Positions 40,895-54,021 of a stretch of DNA of 64,000 nucleotides are shown here, one piece after another. Numbering within the stretch: position 1 is the first letter of the stretch; each line of letters begins with the position of its first letter. Under the pieces are notes generated by a model, which was not told the DNA's origin, ran no database searches, and saw only the letters and a list, made by a program, of their open reading frames with translations. Source of the stretch: Octopus bimaculoides (lineage: Eukaryota); the NCBI RefSeq assembly GCF_001194135.2, contig NC_069006.1, forward strand, positions 25,693,119 through 25,757,118, written 5' to 3'. The position numbers were made by a program, and so were the translations under genes.

Positions 40895-41283
40895 TTGCAT
40901 GTATGTATAAACACACATCTGTGTTTGCATACATACATATATAAATACATACATGCATATGTATATATAAAGATACATATATACATACAAACTCACACGC
41001 ATATGAAATATGTGTGTGTATGCATGTTTATACGCTTGTATAAACATTTGTATTTGCTTATGTTGTATACAGTTGTGCAATGTATGTGTTTGTCATTATT
41101 CCGTTTTACTTCAAGATTTCTTGCCAACAGAGAAAGAACCGGTTTCTAACCTAGATCCAAGGCTCCTTCATTGAAATTTCAACATCAACAACTGAGTATT
41201 TTTGTTTGTATGTATATGTTCAGATTTGTATGTTTTGCTTTCTCTATGTATTCTCACGCATATAGTTGCACATCTAGACTTGC

Positions 41284-41337
<54 letters not shown>

Positions 41338-41745
41338 NNNNNNNNNNNNNNNNNNNNNNNNNNNNNNNNNNNNNNNNNNNNNNNNNNNNNNNNNNNNNNN
41401 NNNNNNNNNNNNNNNNNNNNNNNNNNNNNNNNNNNNNNNNNNNNNNNNNNNNNNNNNNNNNNNNNNNNNNNNNNNNNNNNNNNNNNNNNNNNNNNNNNNN
41501 NNNNNNNNNNNNNNNNNNNNNNNNNNNNNNNNNNNNNNNNNNNNNNNNNNNNNNNNNNNNCCTATCTGTCTATATGAATCTTTTTCCATCCATCCATCCA
41601 TCTATTTGTCTGTCTCTCTGTCTCAGTCTGTTTTTCTTCCTGTCTGATTGCTTTCTCTCTATTTCTCTGTATACCTATCTCCACAGAAAGTAATTTTTTA
41701 AAATTACACTAAGAAGCAGGTATTATGTGGGCATGTATGTATTAC

Positions 41746-41796
<51 letters not shown>

Positions 41797-43124
41797 TACA
41801 CATGTGTGTGCAAACTTTGTCCCTTGATGTTGGGACACCTTTTTTTCAGTTTTTATTTCTGTTTTGGTGGTCATGTGTGTGGAATGGAATCAAAGTGGGA
41901 CATGGGACCAAAATGGGTTGAGAAAGTCTCTGATGTAGACTGAATATATCGTTCCCTCATACAGGAAATTTCTTTGCAAATACTTGTAAGGGTTCTGCGA
42001 GTTCTTTGAAGTAAGTGAAGCATTCTTTGAACATTTAGAATTCTCCAACCTAATTTGTATTTTTGTGTCAAAGACTTCTTGATAAACTGAAATCATTTCT
42101 CAAATTGCACAGATAAATTAGATATAATTCTGTCCATTAAAACTTGCTCGTTATTATATTATTTAATTCAATCAGCTCTTTACCTTGTTACCAGGACGTG
42201 TGGCTTTCATAATTCTCATTCATTTTTGTATGTTTTCTTCACCTTTTCAGTGATTTTTCTTGCATCTTTGACTTCTGAAGAATCAGGAAGTTTCCCCTTT
42301 GTTGTCTGCACACACATGCTTACCTTTTCTCTCTGCTCCCTGCTCTCTACACTTATGTCTGTATGTATGTATGTGTGTATGTATATACGTATGCATGTAT
42401 GAATATATGAATTTGTGTATGTATGGATGTACGCATGCATGTTCATTCTAAGTATGTATGTATGTATAAGTATGAATGTAGGGATGCATGTATGTATGCA
42501 CATACGCACTCACCTTATCTCTGTCTCTCAATGATTTTATTTCCATTCCCCAATCCAATATATATGTATCTGCAATCTGTCGTATTTGTTTCTAGCTTTT
42601 ACTCACTTACACACACGCACATACTGCGGCTTGCTGCATTCTAACAAACTGTGCAACCGAAGGCACCATGCAAAACAGATGTTAAAATCACACACACACA
42701 CATACATACCCACTAGTTCAATTCTCCGGCCTTGCCAGCTCTGGTCAAACCATCCAACCTATGCCAGCGTGGAAAACAAATGTTAAATGATGATGATGAT
42801 GATGATAACGACCAAATTTCAATAATGTTGTATTTTAAAATTCCTTTGAATGTCCCAAACAAAGCGATAAGCCACTTAATGTAGGGAGCTATGAAGAAGA
42901 AGAAGAAGGAATTGAGACGAAAGGAATGAGTTTAGTCTTGAAGAAGAAGGAGGAAAACAATGAAACGGAAGAGGAAACAATGCTACGATCACAGAAAGAC
43001 TTTGCTATTTGTGGGATTAAGATGGAGACATTGTGAGTTCCAAGTCAGGCAAGATGGCACAAACTCATCTGAAACTAAGAGAGGAAGTAGGACCAACTTC
43101 AGAAAACAAGTCGTTATATTCTAC

Positions 43125-43352
43125 CTGATCTGGACGTCCGTCAGTCAGCAGGTAGATAGCTCGGGTGTGTGGGTCAGTGAGCGCAAGCTTCAGAGCTGTA
43201 TATGTGTTGGTGCTTCCACAACAAACCTGCTTCCGGAGCCAACTGACTGCATCTCTATAGCAACACTGAGCTGCTTCTGCAAGGTTCTTCTTCCAAGCTG
43301 TGGCTGTTTTGTTGAAGATCACCAAATTGAAGGTTTTATCCTGCAACTGTTC
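43125..43352 (-). CDS. VWA3B: VWA3B-like exon 11 (EQLQDKTFNLVIF...GSTNTYTAL...AIYLLTDGRPDQ), VWA core
   Basis: ttgtag| acceptor, CAG|gtagaa donor, 228 nt, phase 0 to 0. GSTNT and YLLTDGRPDQ supply the MIDAS T and D. Confidence 0.95.
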
Positions 43353-44131
43353 CTACAAATAGCACAACACAACAAATGATAATAATAATAATATTAATAA
43401 TCGTGTTAACTGGAGCGACTCCTGTACTGAGAAGAGCATTATCGCTGTGAAGACAACATCCATTCATGAATTTATTTATTTATTAATTTTTTTGCATACA
43501 TATTTTACCTGTGAATTTGCATGTGTAAACTGGGAATGCATACAATGAGTTTCTCTGCCCTAGGTGTACAGAAAACACTCGGCGAGAAATGGAAGAAAAT
43601 TTGAAGTAAGAAGAAAAAAAAAACATAAGAGAAGTAGTAATACAACACGTAGGTGGTGGTTTCAAATCTCTTCGAGGAATTAGAAGAGATCTAGTTAAAA
43701 ATATTTATTTAAGCAACAAAATTTCTTTCTCATAAGTGTGACACACGTATAAAAAACAAATTGGCAAATTAATATTATTGATAATAATAATAATAATCAT
43801 TCTTTCTGCTCTAGGAACAAGGCCTGAAATTATGGGGCAGGGGAATGGTTGATTATATTGACACCAGTATGCAACTGGTACTTATTTTATTGACCCCAAA
43901 AAGATGAAAGGCAATGATAATGGTTTCAAATTTTGCCACAAGGGGAGCAATTTTGGGGTAGAGGCGAGTCAATTACATCGACCCCAGTGTTCAACTGGTA
44001 TTTATTTTATCGACCCTGGAGGGATAAAAGGCAAAGTCGACCTCAGTGGAATTGGAACTCAGAATGTAAAGATGGATGAAATTCTACTAAACATTTCACC
44101 CAGAGTGCTAACAATTCTGCCAGCTCACTGT

Positions 44132-44170
<39 letters not shown>

Positions 44171-44418
44171 ATGTATGTGTGTGTGTGTGTATGCATGTAT
44201 GTGCACCAACGCAGAGGCCTTCCTACGAGTTTCTGTCTATCAAAACCACTGACAAAATCACTGATCAGCCCAGGGTTAAAAGAGAAGACACTTGCCCAAG
44301 GGGACGCAAAATGGAACTGAAGCAGAAATTGAATGAGTGTGAAACAAATTTCTTAGCTACACTACCACACTTGCACCTATGTAGGGATGAATATATCTGT
44401 CTGTTAATCTATATCCAA

Positions 44419-44461
<43 letters not shown>

Positions 44462-46144
44462 NNNNNNNNNNNNNNNNNNNNNNNNNNNNNNNNNNNNNNN
44501 NNNNNNNNNNNNNNNNNNNNNNNNNNNNNNNNNNNNNNNNNNNNNNNNNNNNNNNNNNNNNNNNNNNNNNNNNNNNNNNNNNNNNNNNNNNNNNNNNNNN
44601 NNNNNNNNNNNNNNNNNNNNNNNNNNNNNNNNNNNNNNNNNNNNNNNNNNNNNNNNNNNNNNNNNNNNNNNNNNNNNNNNNNNNNNNNNNNNNNNNNNNN
44701 NNNNNNNNNNNNNNNNNNNNNNNNNNNNNNNNNNNNNNNNTATATATATATATATATATATATATATTTTTTCTCTCTGTTGACAATCCGTTGAAATAAG
44801 TTATTACATTTCAAGTGTTATTCCTGATTGTTGAACAAATTGAGCTGACAGATGTTTCCAGTAACAACTTAAATAACCCCACAAACACAAGGTCTGCCAA
44901 ACAGTCAGAATCTTTCTCTAAGTGTTTTTATTGCTTATCCAATAGAATATATCAGGAAATGATAGCTCTCAGCCATCATTAATATGGATACACAACACCT
45001 GAAATGAACACAAACGTAGCTGAGTGGTAAGATTGTTAATTTTACCATCAGTTTGTTTGTGAGTTCAATCCTACACCACTGCACCACCTTTTATCTTTTA
45101 TATTTTACTTGTCTCATTCATTAGTTTGCGCCCCTGCTGGGGCACTGCTTTTAAGAATTTTTTATTTGAATGAATCGACCCCCATACTTTTTCTTCTTTT
45201 AAGCCTGGTATTTATTCTATCAGTGTCTTTTGCTGAACTGCTAAGTTACGGGGACATAAACACATCAACATTGGTTCTCAACGTGAAAGGAAGTGTTTTG
45301 CTCAAGAACACAATAAGTCACTCTGTCCAGGAATTGAAACCACAATCTTACGATCATGAGTCCAACACCCCTAACCACTAAGCCATGCACCTCCACACAT
45401 GTATATACATGTACATGTTTATATGTGTGTGTGTGTGTGTGTACATGCATGTATGTATGTGCGGGTGGTAGTGATGGTGTTGGCTATGGTGCTTGATTGT
45501 AGCAGTAGTAGTGGTGACGGTGGTGGTGACAGTAGTGGTGGTGGGGGTGGGNNNNNNNNNNNNNNNNNNNNNNNNNNNNNNNNNNNNNNNNNNNNNNNNN
45601 NNNNNNNNNNNNNNNNNNNNNNNNNNNNNNNNNNNNNNNNNNNNNNNNNNNNNNNNNNNNNNNNNNNNNNNNNNNNNNNNNNNNNNNNNNNNNNNNNNNN
45701 NNNNNNNNNNNNNNNNNNNNNNNNNNNNNNNNNNNNNNNNNNNNNNNNNNNNNNNNNNNNNNNNNNNNNNNNNNNNNNNNNNNNNNNNNNNNNNNNNNNN
45801 NNNNNNNNNNNNNNNNNNNNNNNNNNNNNNNNNNNNNNNNNNNNNNNNNNNNNNNNNNNNNNNNNNNNNNNNNNNNNNNNNNNNNNNNNNNNNNNNNNNN
45901 NNNNNNNNNNNNNNNNNNNNNNNNNNNNNNNNNNNNNNNNNNNNNNNNNNNNNNNNNNNNNNNNNNNNNNNNNNNNNNNNNNGTGTGATATCGCTTGCCA
46001 CGGCAATAACGGAAAGTATCTATTGGAATGAATGCAGCACAATTCCTGCAAGTGCCATTTTTATGTCACCATGACAACAAGCATCCCATGAGAGAAACCT
46101 TTCCTCGTCGCTGATAAAATGGTGAAACACAAAGTAAACTATAC

Positions 46145-46283
46145 CTTTATGAAAGATTCTGTTTTCTCCAAGACAAATTCAATTTTTGGCAGCATCGATG
46201 AGGACATATCAATGAGAATGTAGATTTGGTCTTCACACAGGCTGCCAAAAATGGCTCTGTTGTTTGTTTTCAACCAGTGTAGC
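46145..46283 (-). CDS. VWA3B: VWA3B-like exon 10 (RLHWLKTNNRAIFGSLCEDQIYILIDMSSSM...), start of the VWA domain with the DxSxS MIDAS motif
   Basis: gtttag| acceptor, AAG|gtatag donor, phase 2 to 0. YILIDMSSSM is a canonical VWA beta1/MIDAS motif. Confidence 0.92.
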
Positions 46284-47468
46284 CTAAACAAAGAAATTAA
46301 AGAGAAAAAAAAAGAAGAAAAATCGCAAGCTGTAATCTTTACCAAAATGGCATCGTCACATCCAGTGTTTAGTTTTCTTTGCTGCCAGGAATTTTCTAAA
46401 CAATTGTCGTTTCCAGTTCTGAGTTCAAGGAAAACTGTTTGAAATGTCCAGTTTAAATTCATTTCAGCCAGCAGTTCCAAATATCAGATACCATATATTC
46501 CACAAAGCAAACACACATGAACATCGTTTGGCATTCTCTCATGGACTGCACATCTCAAAGGATTCCATTCATGAAAATGTTAAACCCGATAATCTCTGGA
46601 GACTCATCATGGCAATCACATATTCTTCAGGAATTGAATCGTCAACATTATTACCATAAGTCAAATAGCCTGACCCCAAGATCACAAACGTTCACCTAAC
46701 ATATTCTCAACCCACCTACAACAAAATTAATTCTCATGCACAATCCTTTGCTCACACACAATCTGCACACATTGGGCCCTCCTGGGACAGTCAAATATTT
46801 TTACTTCTCTTCTAACTACAGTGGTCTCTCTTGTTCCTTGACTCCATAATCCTCTATACTAATCTATATTAATCTAACTTAATCCACCCACCTCAATTCT
46901 TTCCCCTACTCCCACAGTCACAAACAGGCACTGTAAGAAGTAGGGTCCACTCAGAATATTAAGCTGAGTCCTAGACTGTTAAAGAGGAGCCTGTAAGTAT
47001 CTGCCAGGACCCTTCTCTAAAACCACAACCTTACACAACCCATGCTGAAATCTTGGCTGTAACATTTCTCTCAAGAACCACAATAGTAGAAAGAACTGGT
47101 TAAGCAACGGCTAAAATACCTTGTGGTATTTACTTCTGATTCTTTACATTTTGAGTCCAAATCTCATTCAGGCTAATCTTTGCAGGGTTGATAAAATAAA
47201 ATTGCAGTTAAGAACTGGAATGATTTATATTGGGATCATAAGGAATTATAATAAAAGACCAAACTAAGACACTCCATTGGAACTCTTTTTTCTATGACCC
47301 CTACCTCAGAACCCCTTTTAACCACAGATCAGTAACAGGTGAAAATCTAAGGAACAAAGGATTATGCTTTCAAACATGTTGTTATCCCAACATCTTTGCT
47401 GATTGAAACGATATGGGCAACACACTTACTGATATATATATACATGTGTGTATATGTATATATATATA

Positions 47469-47533
<65 letters not shown>

Positions 47534-48340
47534 GTGTTTATATATATATATATATATATATAATATGTTATCATCATCATCGTTTAACATCCACCTTCCA
47601 TGTATATATATGTATATATATATGCATGTATGTGCTTAATACATAGTATACAAGTATATATACATAAAGTTGAGATAAAGAAGATTTTCTCCACGCTGAC
47701 AATTGCCGCATACGTTCAAGTTGATGGACTATGACACATCTCTCCATCTTTACTGCGGAACCATTCCATAAACAGAGGGAGAAGAAAACCTAATGCCAAG
47801 AGAATCGATTGCAGGGAAAGTTGTTTGAAGCTTGAACCATAAAAGTATTGACACATTCAAATGTCGATCAGCGATTACTGGGAGAAGAAAACGAAGAAGA
47901 GAGAAAAAAATCAAAAAAACAAAGTAATCCTGGAAGAAAATTCATTCAATTTTTGTGTTTTTTGGAAAGAAGTCAGAAAGAAAGAAAGAAGTGAAAAAGT
48001 GGTCAGAGTGTGAAGGGGTCTTTCAACCTTAGAAAATGAGGTTTGAATATATATACATATATACATACATGAAAGAGAAACTTGTTTTAGTTTTTCTGTC
48101 AGTGAAACAGGAGAATGCTTTAAAGAATGACTTCTTGGTGTATAATCAAGCAAGGTAATTATACACACACACACACACACACAGCATATATGTATATATA
48201 TATATGTAAACATACATACATACCATGTTTTATATATATATATATATAAAAAGGTATATGTATTTGTATATATATATATTTGTATATACACTCACACACA
48301 CGTATGTACATATAAACAGATATACATGTGTGTATATAAA

Positions 48341-48455
48341 ACTCCTCATAGACCACCAGATGAAGGATCGGGGGGACCCTGTCAAAGGCTTTCTCCATGT
48401 CAACGAAAGCCAGGTACAGAGGTTTATCCTTGGCTAGGTATTTCTCCTGAAGCTG
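48341..48455 (-). mobile_element. RTE-clade LINE reverse transcriptase fragment
   Basis: Translates QLQEKYLAKDKPLYLAFVDMEKAFDRVP, then after a poly-C frameshift RSFIWWSMR. D.EKAFDRVP is an RTE RT motif. Confidence 0.85.
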
Positions 48456-48545
48456 TCTTACCAGAAATATAGCATCAGTGGTGCTTATATATATATATAT
48501 ATATACATATATATATCTGTAAAAATATGTGACAATTATTTGGTA

Positions 48546-48615
48546 GCCATGATAAAACTCCGAGTTTCAGATGGCGGGGCGGAAACCTACGCCACCATCT
48601 CTTCAGTTATCTGGC
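48546..48615 (-). ncRNA. Type I hammerhead motif in VWA3B intron 9, sense to the pre-mRNA
   Basis: gccagataa-CTGAAGA-gatggtggcg...cgccatc-t-GAAA-ctcggaGTT|ttatc a tggc. Stems I, II and III all pair; there is one extra U before GAAA. Confidence 0.65.
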
Positions 48616-48900
48616 CAGTGAAAATTCCTATGAAAATGACCCTGAGCCATGTCCCTTCATCTGTAAAAATGTGTTGTTAATAAATAAGGCAGATGTGCAT
48701 TAAGCTGCAGTGATTGAAATATAATTATGTACAACTGTATTTGGCATGTTCATGTGCATTTTGACATGGAAAGACAATATGCTGCACAAGATATCTCATC
48801 AAAAAGAGATGTGTCTATGTGTGTGCGTGTGTGTGTGCATGTGTGTGCGTGTGTGTGTGCATGTGTGTGCGTGTGTGTGTGTAACTTGATAATCCCTTAC

Positions 48901-49055
48901 CTTTGATGAATATTCTTCAACACTCGTGACATCTTTTCCTCATATTGGCGGTGGAACTTTGGTGTGATGTATACGTGCATGGCTTCACCTGATGCCATTT
49001 TCACAAGAGGAAATGTGCTGCAGTATTTGGCGTCAATGACTTTTACACAGGACGT
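48901..49055 (-). CDS. VWA3B: VWA3B-like exon 9 (TSCVKVIDAKYCSTFPLV...MHVYITPKFHRQYEEKMSRVLKNIHQ)
   Basis: ttacag| acceptor, AG|gtaagg donor, phase 0 to 2. AKYCS.F motif. Confidence 0.9.
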
Positions 49056-49113
49056 CTGTAAACAATCATAGAGAATCCTTGCCATTATGTAAAAATGGGA
49101 CTATATATATGTA

Positions 49114-49162
<49 letters not shown>

Positions 49163-49329
49163 ACGGTTGAGTTCAATTAGAACATTTTTACTTTGTGGGG
49201 GTCCAAAGTTAATAATTTAATCAAAATTTTTAGAAGTTAATAACATTTTTTATTAATAATTTTTGCTAAGAATAAATGGTATTTTTTTTTTAAAGACCTG
49301 CGTCAGAAAATTTGAACAAAATAAGACAC

Positions 49330-49625
49330 AAATAATCAAAGTGTAAAGATCCAATAAATAAAATCAAAATAAGTGTATATTTGATTAATTAAAACAATGG
49401 CACAGTTAATTAAAATAAGTGTGAAGTCAGTTAGTTAAAATAAATGTTAAGTCAATTATTTAAAATAATTGAATATTTACTTAATTAAAACAAGAGAAAA
49501 TTCAACACATTTGACCAACACAAACTTAATTAAAACAAATGTAGAGTTTGTTAATTACATTTAGTTCAATTAATTACAGTATAGTCAGCTAATTAATATA
49601 AGTACATATTCAGTTAATTAGAATA
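49330..49625. repeat. Degenerate minisatellite built on ttaattaaaa
   Basis: About ten recurrences of (g/c)ttaatt(a/g)aa at roughly 24-35 bp spacing. Confidence 0.6.
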
Positions 49626-49880
49626 AACCCCCAGCATATATTGTGAAGTGGTTGGCATTTGGATGGTCATTCAGTCCTAAAAACCATGCCAGAGTAGAGA
49701 CTGGAGTACATTGCAGTCTTTGGCTCCACCGGATCCTGTGAAACCATCCAACCGATGCCAGAATGGAACAAGGATGTTAAATGAAAATGATGATGTATTG
49801 TTGTTAATCCAACACTGCCACACACATCTGATCTAACCTGTCAGGAATCAATCAGATCATAATTAAAACCTGCTTCTTAC

Positions 49881-50092
49881 TGCAGTAGTCTGTCTGTGTT
49901 TATCAATGGGTGGCAGCCATAAATGGAGTTGTCCATCTTTGTGGTAAAAGGAAACTTCTTGCAAGACATGATGGAGGGACAATCCATTGGCATGGATTCC
50001 ATTTTGTTGAAGCCATTCCTCTGAAGTGAGGGTCATCTCATTAAGTTGTGTCCTTGTGGGTGTTTTTAACTGGTCGTTAATCTGTTCAGGAT
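49881..50092 (-). CDS. VWA3B: VWA3B-like exon 8 (DPEQIND...TSEEWLQQNGIHANGLSLHHVLQEVSFYHKDG...TTA)
   Basis: ttgtag| acceptor, GCA|gtaaga donor, phase 1 to 0. Open frame found by hand; not in the ORF track. Confidence 0.88.
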
Positions 50093-50171
50093 CTACAATA
50101 AAGCAATGTTCTACATGTATATATATTATATATAGGTATATGTATGTATATATATTATATATAGGTATATG

Positions 50172-50213
<42 letters not shown>

Positions 50214-50588
50214 TATATATATAAATATATATTATATATGGGCAAATCAACAAAAGCAATACAAATAAAAACAAAAATAACAAGTCAAAAGGCAAACAGT
50301 GAATGTATTAGGTTGACACTGAATGAGCGTGTATATATATATATATGAGTGTGTGTGTGTATGTATATGTGTGTATATATGTGTATGTATGTACATAGAT
50401 ATATATACATGTGTGTGTGTGCATGTATGTGCACACACACACACACACGCACACACAATGTATGCATGCTTGTCTGTATATATGTCTGAATTTGTTTTCG
50501 AAGAATGTCATTCCGATGGCAATTTACGCAGTTTTCTCACTAAAAGACACAATTTAAAAGCGTAAGTGAGCAGTTGAAGAATACAAAC

Positions 50589-50806
50589 CCAATTTTATTG
50601 GTGCTGAAGAATCTATAAGTGCTCTTATTTCATCCAGAGCATTTCTTCCTTCTTCAATCTCATCAAAAATTAATACCACATCTTGTCTCGGTGACACAGC
50701 AGTTGGCAGGTTTAAAACTGTCGATCCCTGCACTCCGTCCTCCCTACACCCATGGGAACTCACCAGTCGTTTGCCAAAACTGGGATCTGTATTATAAGCA
50801 TGAAAC
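50589..50806 (-). CDS. VWA3B: VWA3B-like exon 7 (RFHAYNTDP...RQDVVLIFDEIEEGRNALDEIRALIDSSAPIKL)
   Basis: ttatag| acceptor, phase 2. Donor G|gtttgt, phase 1, matches the next exon. It also contains an internal strong donor-like CTG|gtgagt. Confidence 0.8.
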
Positions 50807-51327
50807 CTATAAATATATTTTTATTTCATTTTAATTGCAAAATAAGGATCATTATATTTTTTCTCTTTCATTTACATAAACACAAGAGTCGACAATAAAT
50901 TTAAATTCTATTGCGTTTCAAATGATTGCTCAAACTGGAATTGTTTTAATATCCGCCCCATATANNNNNNNNNNNNNNNNNNNNNNNNNNNNNNNNNNNN
51001 NNNNNNNNNNNNNNNNNNNNNNNNNNNNNNNNNNNNNNNNNNNNNNNNNNNNNNNNNNNNNNNNNNNNNNNNNNNNNNNNNNNNNNNNNNNNNNNNNNNN
51101 NNNNNNNNNNNNNNNNNNNNNNNNNNNNNNNNNNNNNNNNNNNNNNNNNNNNNNNNNNNNNNNNNNNNNNNNNNTGTGTGTGTGTGTGTGTAAAAATAAA
51201 AGTACTAAGGTTTATTTGTTCAACTGAAATTCTTCAAGGCAGAGCCCCAGCATAAACTGTGGCCTTGCTGGAGCACTTCCTTGACTGAAACAAGCAAAAT
51301 ATGGAGAATATAAAAGAAGCCCTTTAC

Positions 51328-51434
51328 CTGGCATTTGTACAACTGGAAAGTTCTTTTAGAAAGTCAAAAGTCTGCTGTGAGGGACAGTTTAGGGAGACAG
51401 AGTGAACAGGGATTCTCCTAGGAGCCCTCAATAA
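51328..51434 (-). CDS. VWA3B: VWA3B-like exon 6 (LLRAPRRIPVHSVSLNCPSQQTFDFLKELSSCTNA)
   Basis: Poly-T ctccag| acceptor, AG|gtaaag donor, phase 0 to 2. PVHSVS.N...FLKELS is a VWA C-terminal motif. Confidence 0.9.
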
Positions 51435-51724
51435 CTGGAGAAAAAAAAAAGGTGGGGGTTTTGTAAAATCTTTGAAAACAAAGGAGAAAATTTAGACTTG
51501 TTGTTGTCATGTTAGAAATAGTAGCTAAATCACTCACACATGATGCCTGGATGCCTTAAATATAGATGATTTTTGATTTTTGAGTGGTTGGGTTAATTTT
51601 TAGTATTCTCATTCGTGAGAGCAGTTGAGTTAATTTCAGATATTCTCATTTTAAAAATCTTCTCTGGCTAATCGTTGAGAGGACATTGGTGCTGCCTTGG
51701 CAGAGGCTTGCACTCTCTGAGTGC

Positions 51725-51758
<34 letters not shown>

Positions 51759-52109
51759 GTTTTCATTATTAAGGTGGTGAGCTGTCAGAATTGTTAGCAT
51801 GCCGGACTTTTCTTTTCATCTTTTTGGGGTTGATAAAATAAGTACCAGTTGATCACAGGGGTCGATGTAATTAATTAACCTTCCTCCCACGAAATCTCTC
51901 TCTCAAATTGCACCATACTCTCTTTCAGAAAATGGAAGGACGTACTGAACTATGCCATCTAGAATAAACTTATATTACATCCGAAAATACTGGATGGTCA
52001 TACTTGGAATGCCTTTAACCCTTGGTTTACTCAATCTGAGTTGACCTTGGCTTAAATAACAATGACAACAACAATAATCAAACATGCTGCAATGTCTTTA
52101 AACCCTTAC

Positions 52110-52178
52110 CTTGTCTTTGAGAATCTCCTGGCAGAAATGTTTTGCTGTTCCTTCGACGATTAAATAAATGGCGTCCAT
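52110..52178 (-). CDS. VWA3B: VWA3B-like exon 5 (MDAIYLIVEGTAKHFCQEILKDK)
   Basis: ttctag| acceptor, AAG|gtaagg donor, 69 nt, phase 0 to 0. AIYL..EG is a VWA-like strand. Confidence 0.85.
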
Positions 52179-52870
52179 CTAGAAGTAAATCAATGTCAAA
52201 TAGGAAATGGCTGAATGGCACACAGTAAAGAGACATCAGTCATCAATCATCCTCATTGCCGTCATCATCATTGTTGATGTTATGATGACGATCTTCATTA
52301 TCATCACTATTACCATCATCATCAACATCTTTGTCATCATCACCACTACCATCACCATCATCATCATCACCACCATCATCACCATCGTCATCATCACCAT
52401 CACTACCACCATCACCATCGACATTATCATCATCACCACTGTCATCATCATCATCATCACCGTCATCATCATCATCACCGTCGTCATCATCATCATCATC
52501 ATCATCATCACTGTCATTGTCATCATCATTATTGTTATCCTCCTCCTCCTCCTCATCATCATCATTATTGTCATGTCTTATGTCCCTTTTTCCTTGCTTG
52601 CATGGGTTGAACAGGTCTTCTCCCACACAGTGTCTTACCACTGGCAGAAGATACTTGTCCAAAATGCCAAACAGCAGGATTGAACTCATAACCACATGAC
52701 TATAAACCACACACCTTAACCATACATACACTTCTAAACTAAATGCAAAAAATTACAGGTTATTAGTTATAAGATAACATTTTTTAAATTATGACAAATA
52801 ATCTTTATGTGAAATTAGCTTCAGAAATTTGAATAGAACAAGGAAAGAATAAAAATGACTTTTTATTTGC

Positions 52871-53027
52871 CTTTTGATCTTCCATAACTGCAACAACAGC
52901 TTCACAAATTGATAATGTCGAGATCATTGGTCTTGGTTTATCTTGGAGCCATTCTACTGCTTTGTGTATTGAATCGTGACATACGTGCACCATTTCTGGT
53001 TGGAACCAGTCAATGTCTTCAGAGACT
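52871..53027 (-). CDS. VWA3B: VWA3B-like exon 4 (VSEDIDWFQPEMV...KAVEWLQD...AVMEDQK)
   Basis: ttgcag| acceptor, phase 2. The best in-phase donor is non-canonical AAG|gcaaat (GC), which is needed to join exon 5 in phase 0. Confidence 0.75.
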
Positions 53028-53474
53028 CTGCAACAGAGTATTACAAGGGAGAGAATTAATATTGTGAGTTTTAAGTAGCTCTCAATATGGAGGGTCAGAG
53101 TTCATAATGAGAATTGGTGGGGTGGGGATTAAACCATGTAACACTTTATTGTTATTGATCTTACCAATGCTAACAATCTTCTCTCTTTTACTTGTTTTTG
53201 ATCATTAGATTGTGGCCATGCTGGAGCACTTCCTTGATGGATTTTGGTCGAATGAACTGACCAAAGTACATATTTTTTTAAGCCTAGAGCATAGTCTATT
53301 AGTCTTTTTTTTTTTTTTGCCAAACTGCTAACTTACAGAGATATAAACAAACCAACACCGCTTGTCAGGTGGTGGTGGGAGATAAACACAGCACCTCGGT
53401 TTTGATTCCCAGGCCAGTTGTGTGTTGAGTTCTTGAACAAAACAAGAAGAATATTTGGAATGGATTTGGTTGAT

Positions 53475-53678
53475 TCAACCCTTTAGCATTCTGCGCCAGT
53501 TTGGCTGTATTAAATTACAGACAAGCCTGCATGCAAACAAGCAAGCAATCATAGAGTTTTAGTAGTATACAGATTGTAGGACAGGTGTGAGAGGCCAGAT
53601 CTGGCTGGCTTGAACATGAAACAGATAAAATATTTTGGTCTGTGTCTGATGTGTCTGGTTTAAATGCTAAAGAGTTAA
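53475..53678. mobile_element. piggyBac-type MITE
   Basis: Ends tcaa-ccctttagcatt ... aatgctaaagag-ttaa: terminal inverted repeats with TTAA-like flanks. Confidence 0.65.
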
Positions 53679-53764
53679 AGTGTCAGGTGTCTATAGAACT
53701 GGTAGTGATGGTGATGGTGATGATGATGATAATAGAAAGAGTCATTATATATAACGATACTTAC

Positions 53765-54021
53765 ATAACGATGTTGAAATGTCTCAACTGAGCCACTTGG
53801 TCTGTTAATAACAGACCAAGAAACTTCTTGAACGTGTCCCAGCTCCCCTCACAGTCCACCTCTGTTGAGGGTACCAACACCAAACATATGCAAGTTTCTT
53901 CTATCACACCAAATACCTTACGGCTCCCTGAGATTAACCAATAAAGTCGCTGCCGATATAATCGCAGGAAGTATTCAAGACGTTCAGCAATTGATTCCAG
54001 TTTTACTCTGCAGCAGACGAT
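53765..54021 (-). CDS. VWA3B: VWA3B-like exon 3 (IVCCRVKLE...RLYWLISGSRKVFGVIEE...QVAQLRHFNIV)
   Basis: ctgaag| acceptor gives phase 0 and the expected spacing to the WL..SR.(V/I)FG motif. Donor AT|gtaagt, phase 2. Confidence 0.9.

Noticed and set aside
41125-41185. Minus-strand repeat with stem-loop plus gaaaccgg
   Set aside because: Lacks the CUGA core; treated as an unclassified repeat.
45994-46007. RFX X-box-like cttgccacggcaat in intron 10
   Set aside because: A single imperfect match far from the promoter and next to a gap. It fits a ciliary gene but is not supportable alone.
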